Assembly: GCF_002105155.1 (NCBI RefSeq)
Contig: NW_019028981.1
Location: 496,001-560,000, forward strand
Source: Lobosporangium transversale
Lineage: Eukaryota
Length of the DNA stretch: 64,000 nucleotides
Direction of reading: 5' to 3'
Under the pieces are notes generated by a model. That model was given only the letters and a program-made list of their open reading frames with translations. It was not told the origin of the DNA and did not search any database. Positions 1 to 10,961 of the stretch are shown here, piece after piece; position 1 is the first letter of the stretch, and every line of letters starts with the position of its first letter. The position numbers and the translations under genes were made by a program.

Positions 1-183
1 CCTTCCGGGAATGAATATAGATTACTGTGTCAAGGTGCCGCTGCTGCTGGTCCCTTTTTCAAGATGAGTTCGTAGAATTTTTTTTTCTTTTTCGTAAATA
101 CAGGTGTCAATTTCGCAAAAATTTTAACTTTTTGATGTTTGATGCTCATGCATAGAAGCGACCCAAGGGTTTGCCTCTGCACA

Positions 184-1020
184 CTAGGGAAAATTCCCGC
201 TAGCCTCACGTATCCACTCACAACACATTTTGGATGTAATGCTTAGAATGCTGTTATTGATGTGGCCTGCTAATATTCTCCGATCATGAAGATCTTGGCG
301 TTGTACATGCGTCTTGATCTTCTCAAAGACTCATTCGGTTGCGTTTAGCTGAGGGGCATACGGAAGCAGCCGCAAGCAAGTGTGTTTACCACCGATGACA
401 TCTTGTACATCCTGCGATCTGTGGAAAGACGCATTTTGCATGATGATGACTCTTGGGGTCGGGGCGGGGCGGGGATGAACTTGTCGACCAGGAGGACTTG
501 GAAAGTCTGAGTATTGAAGGCGCCCAAGCGTACTTCTGAGGCGGCAACCCCCTCCTTGCCAACAGCGACTACGACAGAAACATTTTGTCCCCACTAAGTA
601 GGGCCAATTCTTAACGCCTTTTTTCCTCGCGGTGCTCGACCAAATCTACGCATAAGATGCAGATTGAACCCGGCTTCGTTAACAAACGCTGTCTGCCAGG
701 TCTGTGCCATTTATGATCAGATCCTGTGTCCATTGGACACGACAGCAATTCTCTCCGGGCAATTGTAATCCTCAGGTTCATTGCGCATTAGCTTGAGCGT
801 GTAGTCTACCTGTTTACTAACCGTTCTATTGACGGATAATGACACAGGCGGATCGAAGCGAAAAGTCCCATTGAGGGAACTATGAAGACTGGCGACAGTC
901 AGGACAGGGCTTCATCAGGCTGACCTTTAACCATGCAATATGCTTGACTTGAAGGGACTGAATGGTGATTACCACCTTTTTCTTTTTGTTCCATCCTTTC
1001 CACTTCTTCAAACATCTGTG
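184..1020 (-). mobile_element. Degenerate Tc1/mariner-IS630 superfamily DDE transposase relic (pseudogene)
   Basis: Manual minus-strand translation across stops and frameshifts gives MFEEVERMEQKEKGGN..., YTLKLMRNEPEDYNCPERI, TAFVNEAGFNLHLMRRFGRAPRGKKA, GQNVSVVVAVGKEGV, RVIIMQNASFHRS, LLPYAPQLNATE*VFEKIKTHV...CCEWIR. These match the F.DEAGF / MDNA.FH / LPPYSP.LNPIE motifs in the expected order. Boundaries are approximate and no TIRs were identified. Confidence 0.85.
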
Positions 1021-1452
1021 TGAAAGTGAGGGTTAATACGATGATATTTGTTTAAGCGTGGACACATAGTTTTGTGTTATAAAAAAAAAAAGAATGTTTA
1101 GCATACCCATTCTACAAGGTCCTACTTGTTCTTTTATCCAGCCCAATCATATTTTACTCTCAAACTCATCTCGAAAAAGAAAGTAAGGACAACAGCAGTC
1201 TTAAGAATAGAAGCAATAATTTCAAACCTCCATATCTCCAACGAGCTACATTGGTCAGCACTCAATGGTAACTGTCTTTTTTAAAAAAAAACACATAACA
1301 ATCTTCTCGACGGAATCATGCTTTCTTAGTTATATTATATTATACAGGTCATTAATAAAAAAGAAAAAGAAAAAGAAAAAGGAAGAAAAAAAAAAAGGCA
1401 ACATCTACCAAATGAATAATCGCTTGGCTGCTAGAAGTTTGAAGGACTACGG

Positions 1453-4400
1453 TTAAGGTTGTTTTGGTTCGGACGTTGCAACTGACGATTCAGCAGCGTT
1501 ATTGGACGTCATCAACGGTTCCTTCACGATCGGGTCCTTCCCTCCTTTCAAATCTGCCTCATCTATTGCAGATTTGCTTCCGGGTGCCTTGTCAAACTCT
1601 CCTGCAACTACCCCATTGCTCTGCGTATTTGTCTCTTCCTTTTTTACGGCCGTGCTCGCCAACTTGGCGGCAGCAGCAGCAGCAGCCTTGGAGTTCTTGA
1701 TCGACCGGGAGCTGATCGATGGCCGCTTCAGGTTGGCTCTTGTCACACTTGCCGCATTTGCAAGTGATTTTTTCAATGCAGGCGTCGGGCCACCTGTAGG
1801 CCCAGTACTAGGAGCTCCTGGGCTTGTTCCCTCCAACCCACGCTTCCATTCCTTCCAGGCATCAACATCGATAAGAGCCTGCATGCATCCCCAATCCACA
1901 ATCTTACGCTCTAACCATGGAAGTACAACAGGTTTGGTAATGTAGTCGTTACATCCCGCCAAAAGCGCTGTCTTCCTCAGATCCTCGCTTTCTGCAGAAG
2001 CCGTCAACGCCACAATAATGACAGGGGAGCGGAAGGGCGATGCTGGAGGGCTGGAAGCGGAAGACGAAGAAGCTGCGGATGATGCCGAAAGTGTTGCCTG
2101 CATCGAGTTACCAACCGAGTTGGGCTTATCCGTGGGGAACACACCAATCTTTTGTGCTTTTTCCAGCCGACGGATCTCGCGCGTGGCCTCAATACCATCC
2201 ATCACTGGCATTTGAATATCCATCTGAGTTTGGAAAAAAGCAAAGTAACGTATTAGTACAGGAACATTAACAAATAAAAGTAAAATGAAAATAAAGCTAA
2301 AAATAAAATATGACAACAAACTAAAATAAAAAATACGCACCAACACCAGATGGAATCCTCCTACGCGCCACTTCTCTACAGCCTCCAAGCCGTTGTTAGC
2401 AAGATCATATTTGATTTTGCGTTGTTGCATGAACTTGACAAGAATCCTTTGGTTAATATCGTTATCTGTGAAGAAAATAAATATGGATAGACAAAGAATT
2501 AGCTTGCTTGTCACAACAAATATCCCGGTGTCGAATGGAGGAAAAAAAAAAAAAAAAAAAAACACACCTTCGACAATAAGCACATTCACCAAGGGACTGA
2601 CTCTCTCTACAACCCCACTTTGGATCAATGAAGGGGCTGACTTGGATGGCTTCGCGTCTTTTGTCTTCTTTGCTGAAAGAGGGCCTCGTGGACGGACAGC
2701 AACAGCATCGGAAGGAGGTGGTGATGCTGCGTGGCTAGAAATAATACCAGAAGTGCCCGGACTTGCACGAGGCAAAGCGCCAGGTGATGTGGGCAGTGGA
2801 GAAGGGGAGGGTATGGCACCATGTGGAAGAACTGGATGAGGAAGTCTAGGGCTGTCCATGCCACTGCTGCTTAGAGATCCACTACCACTACTACTATTAC
2901 GCATAGTTGCAGGCTCGGGTCGTTGTGGCAAAGGTGAAGCCATAGACGAGTGTCTAACTGCAGGCGGTGAGAACAAAAGTCCGTTTGCCTGAGTGATGGC
3001 AGGCGGCGTGCTCAGAGGCGAACGTCCAATATTTGGTCGCATCATCTGTCCGTTACCTAAACGGATAAAGCCACTTGGGGTACCAGTCTCAGTCCCTCTC
3101 TGGCTGTGAATGAATGAGAATGGCTGATGGTTGCCAGTACTAGTAGCGGAAGGTATAACAACCGTACCACCTTCATTGTTCATGGCTAACTGATTAGGAG
3201 TACGTGTAATGCTGGTCGAGACACGTCGAAGACCAGTTCCTATTAGTGAAGGAGAAAGCGTCCCTGATGGCTTCGCAGTAGGGTCAAATTGGATAACGGC
3301 TGGTTTATTGCCATTTCCAGGGATGAGAATGCCGGTTGGGGAGCCAACTGATTGCAAAGATCCTGGTGTTTCTGGTGACATCATACTTGCGGTTGTATGG
3401 TCAAATGGGTTAGTCACCGGCCCATTGCTTCCTCCTGCATCGATTAATTGACGTACAAGATCATCCCGATGTCGATTCTCACGATTTAGGCTATTGTTAG
3501 GGCTGAGACCACCGGGTGAACTCTGAGTGGAATGAGGAACGCGAGCAAAGGCCTGGTTTAGTACTGGATCATATATGATCTGATCTCTATCCAAAGGATT
3601 AATCTCCTCGCTAAAGCGATGAAGGGCTGGAGCAGGTGACGTGGGCGCAGTAGCGATAGGACTGTATGACTGATCCAAGACCGGCACATTGATGGCCGTG
3701 TGTATCGCAGTCAATACACGTCGGGGGCCTGCAGGTTTGGGAAGGACCAAAATATAAGGAAGAGGCCCGAGTGGTCCTTGTAATGTGCTTCCAGCTAGCG
3801 TATTAGCAATACTGTAATGAATAGTCGAAGAGTGTGTGCCCAAAATAAACATGATAGTATCCCTAGCTTGCTTAAATGTTGGCAGGCTAGTAAAGTAGAT
3901 GACACTGGTTTGTTGAACGGAAGTGATTGACTTGTGCCGACGATGGGTTGGCCGTTTGCTCGCCCCAGCAATAGGCGCTGGTGACGGAGGAGTGGATTGC
4001 ATTTTGATAATCTGCTGCTTAAGCGCGTTGATATCATCGTCAATCATGATAAAAGCCGGATTGAAAGATTTTGCTGATTGCGATTCAGCCTTGCCAGACA
4101 AACCAGATTTCCCACTAAGAGACATGGAAGAGTTCGTCCTCTTACCGCCTAGAGGCGTCTGGGGTTCCTCTGAGACAACAACATCGCTCGAATCGAATTC
4201 ATTGTGCGCTCCATTACAGTCGCGAATGGCTCTCTTAACCACATTAATTCCCCATGACTTCAAATATCCTGTAAGACGGACAGCGAAAGCAGAATGCTCC
4301 CTTGCTATTAAAACTACTTTGAATCCTGAAAGTTTTTGGCTGAATTGCACAAGTTCCGGTACTGTAGGTTCTCCAGAAACTTTTTGGCTACTTTCTACAC

Positions 4401-6572
4401 CAGTTCGTTTGGGTGGGGGTGATGAGGGTGGGGGTGAAGGGGATACAAGAGGAGTTCTGATATGCTGCTGGTAAAATTGTTGTGATTCGTGAGCGGGATT
4501 TGCTCGCGCCTTTTCCGGTTCTTGAGCATTGTCTTTAGTGGCTGCTACCTGGGCTGCTTCGTCAACTTTAGACTCCAAGGGATGAACAGGACGCTGCTGA
4601 CCGTCTGATTGCTTGATATTGCAGGTTTTTTCTTCATGAGAAATGGAGCTAAGTTCAACTTCGATTTGAACAACAAATCTCTTGACAAAGCCTTCCAGTT
4701 GCTCGATCTCTAATGATCCACCCATGGCTCTAACTAGCTTGGAAGCTAGGAGAGTATTCAATTGTGCGAGATCATCCTCCATCAGTTTGGAGTCTGGATT
4801 CGGATAATACATGATCTCGAAGCTGACCATAACCCTGTTCTCTTCCTGAGTAGGTGTACCCACGGCATACACTGAAAGGCACAATTCAACAGTAGATCCG
4901 GCTTTAGCGCAATCAACAATGCTTTTAATAAGCTAGAAAAATGATTGTAAAAGAGGAAAAAACGCATGGGGTCGTTAATATTCATCAAACGCAATACCAA
5001 TAGTAACATCATTCTCTATTTTATGATTAGCATGCGTTTGGTTCAAATTTAGGTCCAAAGTCGACTTACATTAATGAGGGCATGTCTCCAGCTCTCTTCA
5101 CTTCCCTTAATGGATGCGTGGTTGAGACCGTATTGAGAGTGGTAGATAACGAATTCAACTCCCTTCAACGAAGCGTCGGCTGAAACAAGGTCACCGAGAC
5201 TTTGAACAAACTCGCCGACATCAAACTTATTCTCTCCACGGTGGTAGTGAGGCGAAGTCCTTTCAACAATCCCCTGGACATACTCTGTGAACATGACTCG
5301 TGAAAGACGCTGCATGTTCCTAGCAATATACTGTAAGTGACGCATGGTCGTGAATAAACCGAGAATACTAGTGATGGGTATTGGCAACGTACACGGACTG
5401 AGTTGTTCGCGAGAGACACTAGGGGGAAACAAGCTCTTAGGAGTCATCTGGCGCAGAGTCTCGATAGCTAAGGTTGCCGCATCCTGAACTTCCTTGCCAA
5501 CTGTCTCTAGCAGCATATTTTTCTTGAGAATGTTGTCATTCCTATAGACTTCCATAAGATCTTCGTGACGCATCTGCAAATTATCAATTTCTGCTGCATG
5601 GTTCGTCTCGTCTTCAGAAGCGGCATTGGCTATTTTGTCCAGACCGATTAAAATCGGCCCAATCACTAGAGGCGACAGGCTGGCAAGGACGAGGACTGGG
5701 CTCCAAATGTATGATTTCCAAGCGTAAATAGTCGCAGCAGGGGTGAATCCAAGGAGGCCCAAGAGACCAAAGCCCAATATCCAGTAGGAAAGCGATGAAG
5801 ACTCTTTGACGGTTTTGGTGTACGAGGTTGCATGAGCTGATTCAGAACATGTATCTTCATTGTCACTCGTCATCGACGAGCCCACGATATGACTTGGTTC
5901 TGAAGCTGTTGCTCCTGAAGGATGAAAAGCACTGTCGCTAGTGCAGTCAGTTCCCTCTTTGCAATCACTTTTATCTTGGCCGACACTGTTACTGCTATTG
6001 AAAGCCATTCGTTTGAACCATTGCCAGGAACAGGTTGTCGCAAATATACCATGGTAAGTGACTTGAACAATCAGTCCAATGGTCCCAAAACCATTCCACT
6101 TGTGTCCCAGCTGGCTTTGTCCAAGAAGGACAGCACAGCCCGCCACTGAAGCAATAGCACCAAACGCAAACACATTGCTACGCATAGATTGTACAACTTT
6201 GGTAGTAGTTGAAAGCGTTGGGTTATGGGATGGTTGTTCTGATGCATGTTGATTAAAGTAGCTGGCATGTAGATTTCTGATCAATCGAGCGGGTCTACTA
6301 CGGTCACCGCTGCCCTTCTTATGAGTTGTTCGTTGAGTGGGCATTATAGCATCTTTTTCCTCCTGGGATGATGAGGATTTGTTAATGAAATCGAGCGGCG
6401 TGGAAACATTATTTACATTGACATCCTTTTTCACACCGGTGCTTGTTATGTGTTTTGTAGTGCCCGAGTCTCCATCAAGAGAGTTCTTTGTGATGCTGAT
6501 GGCTTCATGGTTAGATGACTTTTCAGGGAGGATTGAGGTGCTGTCAGGCACAGCAGGTTGCTGTTGGACCAT
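1453..6572 (-). CDS. SSK1: Ssk1/Mcs4-like response regulator with N-terminal TM segments and a degenerate histidine-kinase-like region; exons 6572-5070, 4932-2568, 2465-2341, 2223-1453 (~1587 aa)
   Basis: The spliced receiver domain reads NVLIVEDNDIN...FHLVLMDIQMPVMDG...IIVALTAS...GCNDYITKP, followed by WLERKIVDWGCMQALID. The upstream KPAGPRRVLTAIHTA motif is typical of fungal Ssk1. All introns are GT-AG and keep frame. A probable 5'UTR intron lies at 6685-6576. Confidence 0.85.
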
Positions 6573-7133
6573 GACCTATAGAAGGAGTAAAATGTGCGAT
6601 AATTTTATAAGCCAAGGGAAGACTGAAGTCCTATGAATCGATAGTTGTATTGGAACGGTAGCGATTTCAGTGTCAATGTTGATACCTGTCAGTGCTCTGC
6701 TTCACTACTGCTCCGACTGTTCGATGCCTGTTGTTCGTTGCTCGTTTAAAGGGCGCAGTGATGAGCTTTCAATGAAAAGGAAAAAGGATAGCAACCGCGT
6801 ATTGAGAATGAGTAGTGTCGGTTGGTGAATATGACGGGAAAGAGAGGAAGTTATGCCTTGTTTTATTCAGAACAGGCAGTGTGATGGCGAGAAGTGAAAA
6901 AGATAATTTGTGTGAAGTGTGGTGTAGTGTGAAGTGTGAAGTATGAAGTGTGAAGTGCGAGGTGTAAGAGAAAGAAGAAAAAAAGAGAGAGATACGTGTT
7001 TGTGTATGTGTTTGTGTGAAGAAAGAGCACAAAACACAAAGAGAAAAGGATTGCAACAAACAAGCACAAAACACAAAGAAAAGAAAAGAATCGTGAAGAG
7101 GAGGAAGGAAGAGAAAGGAAGAGAAAGGAAAAT

Positions 7134-7229
7134 GAAAGGAAGAGGAAAGGAAGAGGAAGGGAAGAGGAAAGGAAGAGGAAGGGAAGAGGAAGGGAAGAGG
7201 AAGGGAAGAGGAAGGGAAGAGGAAGAAGG
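7134..7229. repeat. Pure-purine tandem repeat, ~11-bp unit AAGAGGAA(A/G)GG, about 8 copies
   Basis: Seen directly. A (GTGTGAA)-like repeat also lies at ~6910-6960. Both are upstream of SSK1. Confidence 0.9.
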
Positions 7230-8151
7230 TACAAGAAAAAAAAAAAAAAAAAAACCGAAAAGGAGTGTGTTATCTGTGTGTTTCTGTGGCTAATGAGTGC
7301 GTGAAAGAAGAAGAAAGAAAGAAAGAAAAGAAAGAAATGGACTTTCCTCTAAACCTTGAAGACTGGAGGAGAACATGGGTGGTCCACTTTCTCCACCCTT
7401 TTTGTCTATTGAGTTGTTTAGTGGGCAAACAATCATTTGGTCAATGCAAAGAGCATGAGCAAGTGCAGTGCAGGCGGACAAACAATACAAAAATTATAAT
7501 CAGTGGATTGGTTCTTTTTCTGGCCCACATTGATTGGTGCATTGGACATAAAAATTTTTTTTGTCGAATGTGTGACGGAACAAGAGAATAAACGTACATC
7601 CCTCGCAATTACACATTGCCACATTTACACTTCACAATGCACAGCAAAAAACTGCATGGTGGGTACATCATGCTGGAGCATACACAGAGCATACCAACGT
7701 TCATGCAGTCTACTAGACACCTTGTCTCGTTACAGTTGTGACAAAATTACGACAGAAAACGTGATCTGAGTGGGAACGTGATATGACAGCAAAGCCGATC
7801 ATTTCCTCTCCAAATACAGATGTATAAATGTAATTGCAACCTCATTTTTACAAAGAAGGTTGTAAATCGGTTATTGGCTGTATTAGAGCTTTTGAAATCT
7901 GACAACCCGGCAGGTATCAAAAAAAAGTAGCACACATTGTAGATCTGAATGCTTTGGCTTTGCCAAACCAAGAGAGGCTAGACTGGGCAAATTCAGTCTG
8001 CTTGCTGCAAGAACGAAAAATATAAGATCCGTGTGACAATTGTTCGCCGAGAATTTGAGAAAAAAAAAAAAAAAAAAAAAAAAGAACTTGTGTATATAAT
8101 ACGAGCATCTGTTCTTTTCCAAATATTGCAGACTGAAAGTCTTTTTTGAGA

Positions 8152-9732
8152 CTACAACCTCCAGACTTTGTATCCTAGCCAGACTTCACTGAGCTTTTCA
8201 AACTTCAACAGGTGGGCTGCTACTCTGTCCACAACAGGGTTTGCTGGTTCACCCTCGATTTCTAAAGGAACAATACTGTTAAAATCGTTGCTTATCATAT
8301 CATCTATTTCATCCTTTCCATCACTTCTATCCGTCATTAATGCTCGTGCAACCTCTTCAAGGATAGCAGCAAGGCTATCTGGAGTTTTGATCGCTTTACC
8401 TTCATATTTACTTGCAGTCTGCCCCTGTTCGCCCATCCATCTTTGTCTCCGTCTGATGTAAACCCCACGAGACCACTTACGGATCATTGCCATGATGAGC
8501 TCTTTGGTATCGAGTCCCTTGATTCGAATGCGAAGTCGAGCCAGGTCTTTACACGCCCATGGGAAAATATCAATTATGTCCATGTCCAACTCATGCTCTG
8601 GAAGGTCTACAGACGTCAAGAACGCGCATCTCGAAAAGATCATGTGAATCATCCACGCATTTGGAAGTGGGTCTGGCACAGGGATCACCCGGTCCGCATC
8701 ATAACTCCAGTCTCTAAAATTAGGGTCTATGGCTCGGAGGGTCCTCAATGTGCTACTGTGCAAAAGGAAACCCAAGATTCCAGAAGTTGACAGATTTTCA
8801 TAATTAAAACAAATAGACTCAATGTTCTTAAACGCTTTAGCGAGCAAATCATGCACTATTGAACCAGTAGCTCGATATGCGGTTAGCTTCTTGACTCCCG
8901 GGCTGTACTTTTTAATAGCGGTTTCGATGGATTCGACTCCGGAATCCTTTAGTTGGATGTTATGCGCCCACACGTTCCAGTATTCCAGTTTTGGAAAGTG
9001 TGCGAGTAATGGAACTACCGCAGTATCACTGTCTGATGGTGAATCAGGATCTGGGTTGAAAACTCGATGGTATGAGGCATGGAGGTAGATGACGCCTTTA
9101 TGCTGATATAGTTCCCCTGGACTTCGTCCATCACCATGAATAGCGCATGATAGGATATCGATGTATGTCAGATTTGGACATCGTGAGAGTAAAGTTGAAA
9201 GCGCTTTTCGGGTCATCGTAAGATTTTGAATTCGAAGTTCAGTGAGCCTCGGCATAAAATCTAGGTCAGGTGAGACAAATGCGTCCTCTAGTGCAAAGTC
9301 TGGATGCGATATAATGGACTTCCCCATTCTGATGTCCAGTTTTAATAGGGTACGCGAGTTCCTTCGGATGAGCTGGAAAGTCTGCTGTCGACAACTAGGC
9401 TTGGGTCTGACTCGAATTTGTTCAATGTTTTGGATACTGGGATCCCTAAAAAGCTCAAACTCCGACTTTTTTCGGACGGTTCTGACAATACGAATGTGTT
9501 GTCCATTCTTAGCAATGATATTTGATGGCAGCTCTGAAAACCGAGGCTGACTACTGAGGTTAATTGTGTTCCATATCCTTGGAGTGAATTCGGCGCTCCA
9601 TGATTTTGAAACTTGACTACAATTAATCATACTCCTCAAGTCAAGAGCTTGGTGGATTAGAGTTCTGATCTCAGACCACTGATTGGTAGGAACTGCGGTG
9701 GTAGTGGTGGCGTTAGCAGATGTGGCCTGCAT
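8152..9732 (-). CDS. Intronless F-box-like / LRR (RNI-like) protein, 526 aa
   Basis: Long ORF. The N-terminal WSEIRTLIHQALDLRSMINCSQVSKSW...PRIW resembles an F-box. LxxLxI repeats follow (RLTELRIQNL, CPNLTYIDI, FPKLEYWNV, WACKDLARLRIRI). Confidence 0.75.
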   Translation of the reverse strand: MQATSANATTTTAVPTNQWSEIRTLIHQALDLRSMINCSQVSKSWSAEFTPRIWNTINLSSQPRFSELPSNIIAKNGQHIRIVRTVRKKSEFELFRDPSIQNIEQIRVRPKPSCRQQTFQLIRRNSRTLLKLDIRMGKSIISHPDFALEDAFVSPDLDFMPRLTELRIQNLTMTRKALSTLLSRCPNLTYIDILSCAIHGDGRSPGELYQHKGVIYLHASYHRVFNPDPDSPSDSDTAVVPLLAHFPKLEYWNVWAHNIQLKDSGVESIETAIKKYSPGVKKLTAYRATGSIVHDLLAKAFKNIESICFNYENLSTSGILGFLLHSSTLRTLRAIDPNFRDWSYDADRVIPVPDPLPNAWMIHMIFSRCAFLTSVDLPEHELDMDIIDIFPWACKDLARLRIRIKGLDTKELIMAMIRKWSRGVYIRRRQRWMGEQGQTASKYEGKAIKTPDSLAAILEEVARALMTDRSDGKDEIDDMISNDFNSIVPLEIEGEPANPVVDRVAAHLLKFEKLSEVWLGYKVWRL

Positions 9733-10638
9733 TGTTTAGTGTAGAAAGCGCCAGTGCGCGTGAGTGGAAATATAAGTCGGCTGTTAATAAGTGAGGAGGA
9801 AAAGAGAAAGAAAAATGGATGAGTAAGGTGAACCAAAAAAAAAAAAAAAAATCTTTGTGTGGATCGTAAGTTGTGAGGGGATCATAGCCTCAAATAATTG
9901 TGACTCGTGTGGCCGACACTACATCATTGTGCACAAACATTGCCACCATCTCCCTTATTCCATTGCTACCGCGCAACAATTTCAAAGGCGTGGGTGCACG
10001 CATACGTAGGCAGTGTTACTCATATCTATTTTTGTTTTATAAAGATATTCTTTTTTTAATCTTCAACAATTGAAGTGAGTTAATGGTAAACATTGGCTTG
10101 CTTGTCATGGTGGGCCACCAAGGCAATAATTAGATTAAATTTATAGTCTCAAGCAAGAACGCAGGTACTCACAAGACCCTACTGAATGCAGCAAATGACT
10201 GGGCGAATTGTCCAGAAACCAGTGCCCGAGTTATTTTTCAATTGCAATCTCTAACATAGGCGCATTTATGACGTCTGTCGTCCTCTTCTTTCCATGTATG
10301 TGATAATGGCAACAGGTCACGCATTTCATGTACGCGGCTTTGCCAATATCTCACAAGTAGTCAACAGCTCTGAAAGTGCGGGAAGCGTGGAGAAAGGCTG
10401 GTAGATGCACAAAGTGGTGGCAAGTGAAGGATGGAAGTAGTGTATTGTTCTGATATCACTAGTATACGAATATGACATTCAAGCCTTGGCGTGCACTCAT
10501 TAACACTAACCAGACATGTGTCAGTACGCAGATACAGCTTTTCAGTGTTCCATCCCGATTTTTGTTCATCATATTAATTAAAGTGTAAAAAAAGATGTCG
10601 AATAGGTGGGAGCACTAGCAGTGTTATCATGCTCCATT

Positions 10639-10707
10639 ATGGTGCCTCGTATGGGTGGCAGGAAGCTAATAACTGGTAGCTTCCTGCGCTACTTATGCTA
10701 GCACCAT
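10639..10707 (+). other. Long imperfect inverted repeat/hairpin (perfect 11-bp core GCAGGAAGCTA/TAGCTTCCTGC)
   Basis: Core arms are 10658-10668 and 10677-10687. Pairing extends to 10639/10707 with G-U pairs and small bulges. Function unknown. Confidence 0.6.
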
Positions 10708-10961
10708 CGATCTTTCTGGTGCAGAAAGCTGGGTCTGGCCTGTCCATGGGTTGATAAAATTTGAGCTCTCTACACAGACGAAAACCGCTGAACGACTTAG
10801 TCTTAACTATACTATGCTAACTGTATCCTCCCATGATTAAGCTTTAATACATACTTGGAATGCTCAAATAACAGATATTTGGATTGAATTCAAAGAGTCG
10901 GATAAAAAGTTTTGACCATATGATTTTATTACAGATGCTAAATAAATGATATTAAAAATGT

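Noticed and set aside
2224..2567. Hydrophobic poly-Phe 'insertions' in the receiver domain of the 1143-aa ORF
   Set aside because: These are two stop-free GT-AG introns (2567-2466, 2340-2224); splicing restores the canonical VEDN and LMDIQMP motifs.
6769..7293. Low-complexity ORFs on both strands upstream of SSK1
   Set aside because: Translations of purine/pyrimidine simple repeats.
10729..10802. Hammerhead-like words (GACGAAA, CTGAACGA)
   Set aside because: Spacing leaves no room for stems I and III, and there is no proper CUGANGA core.
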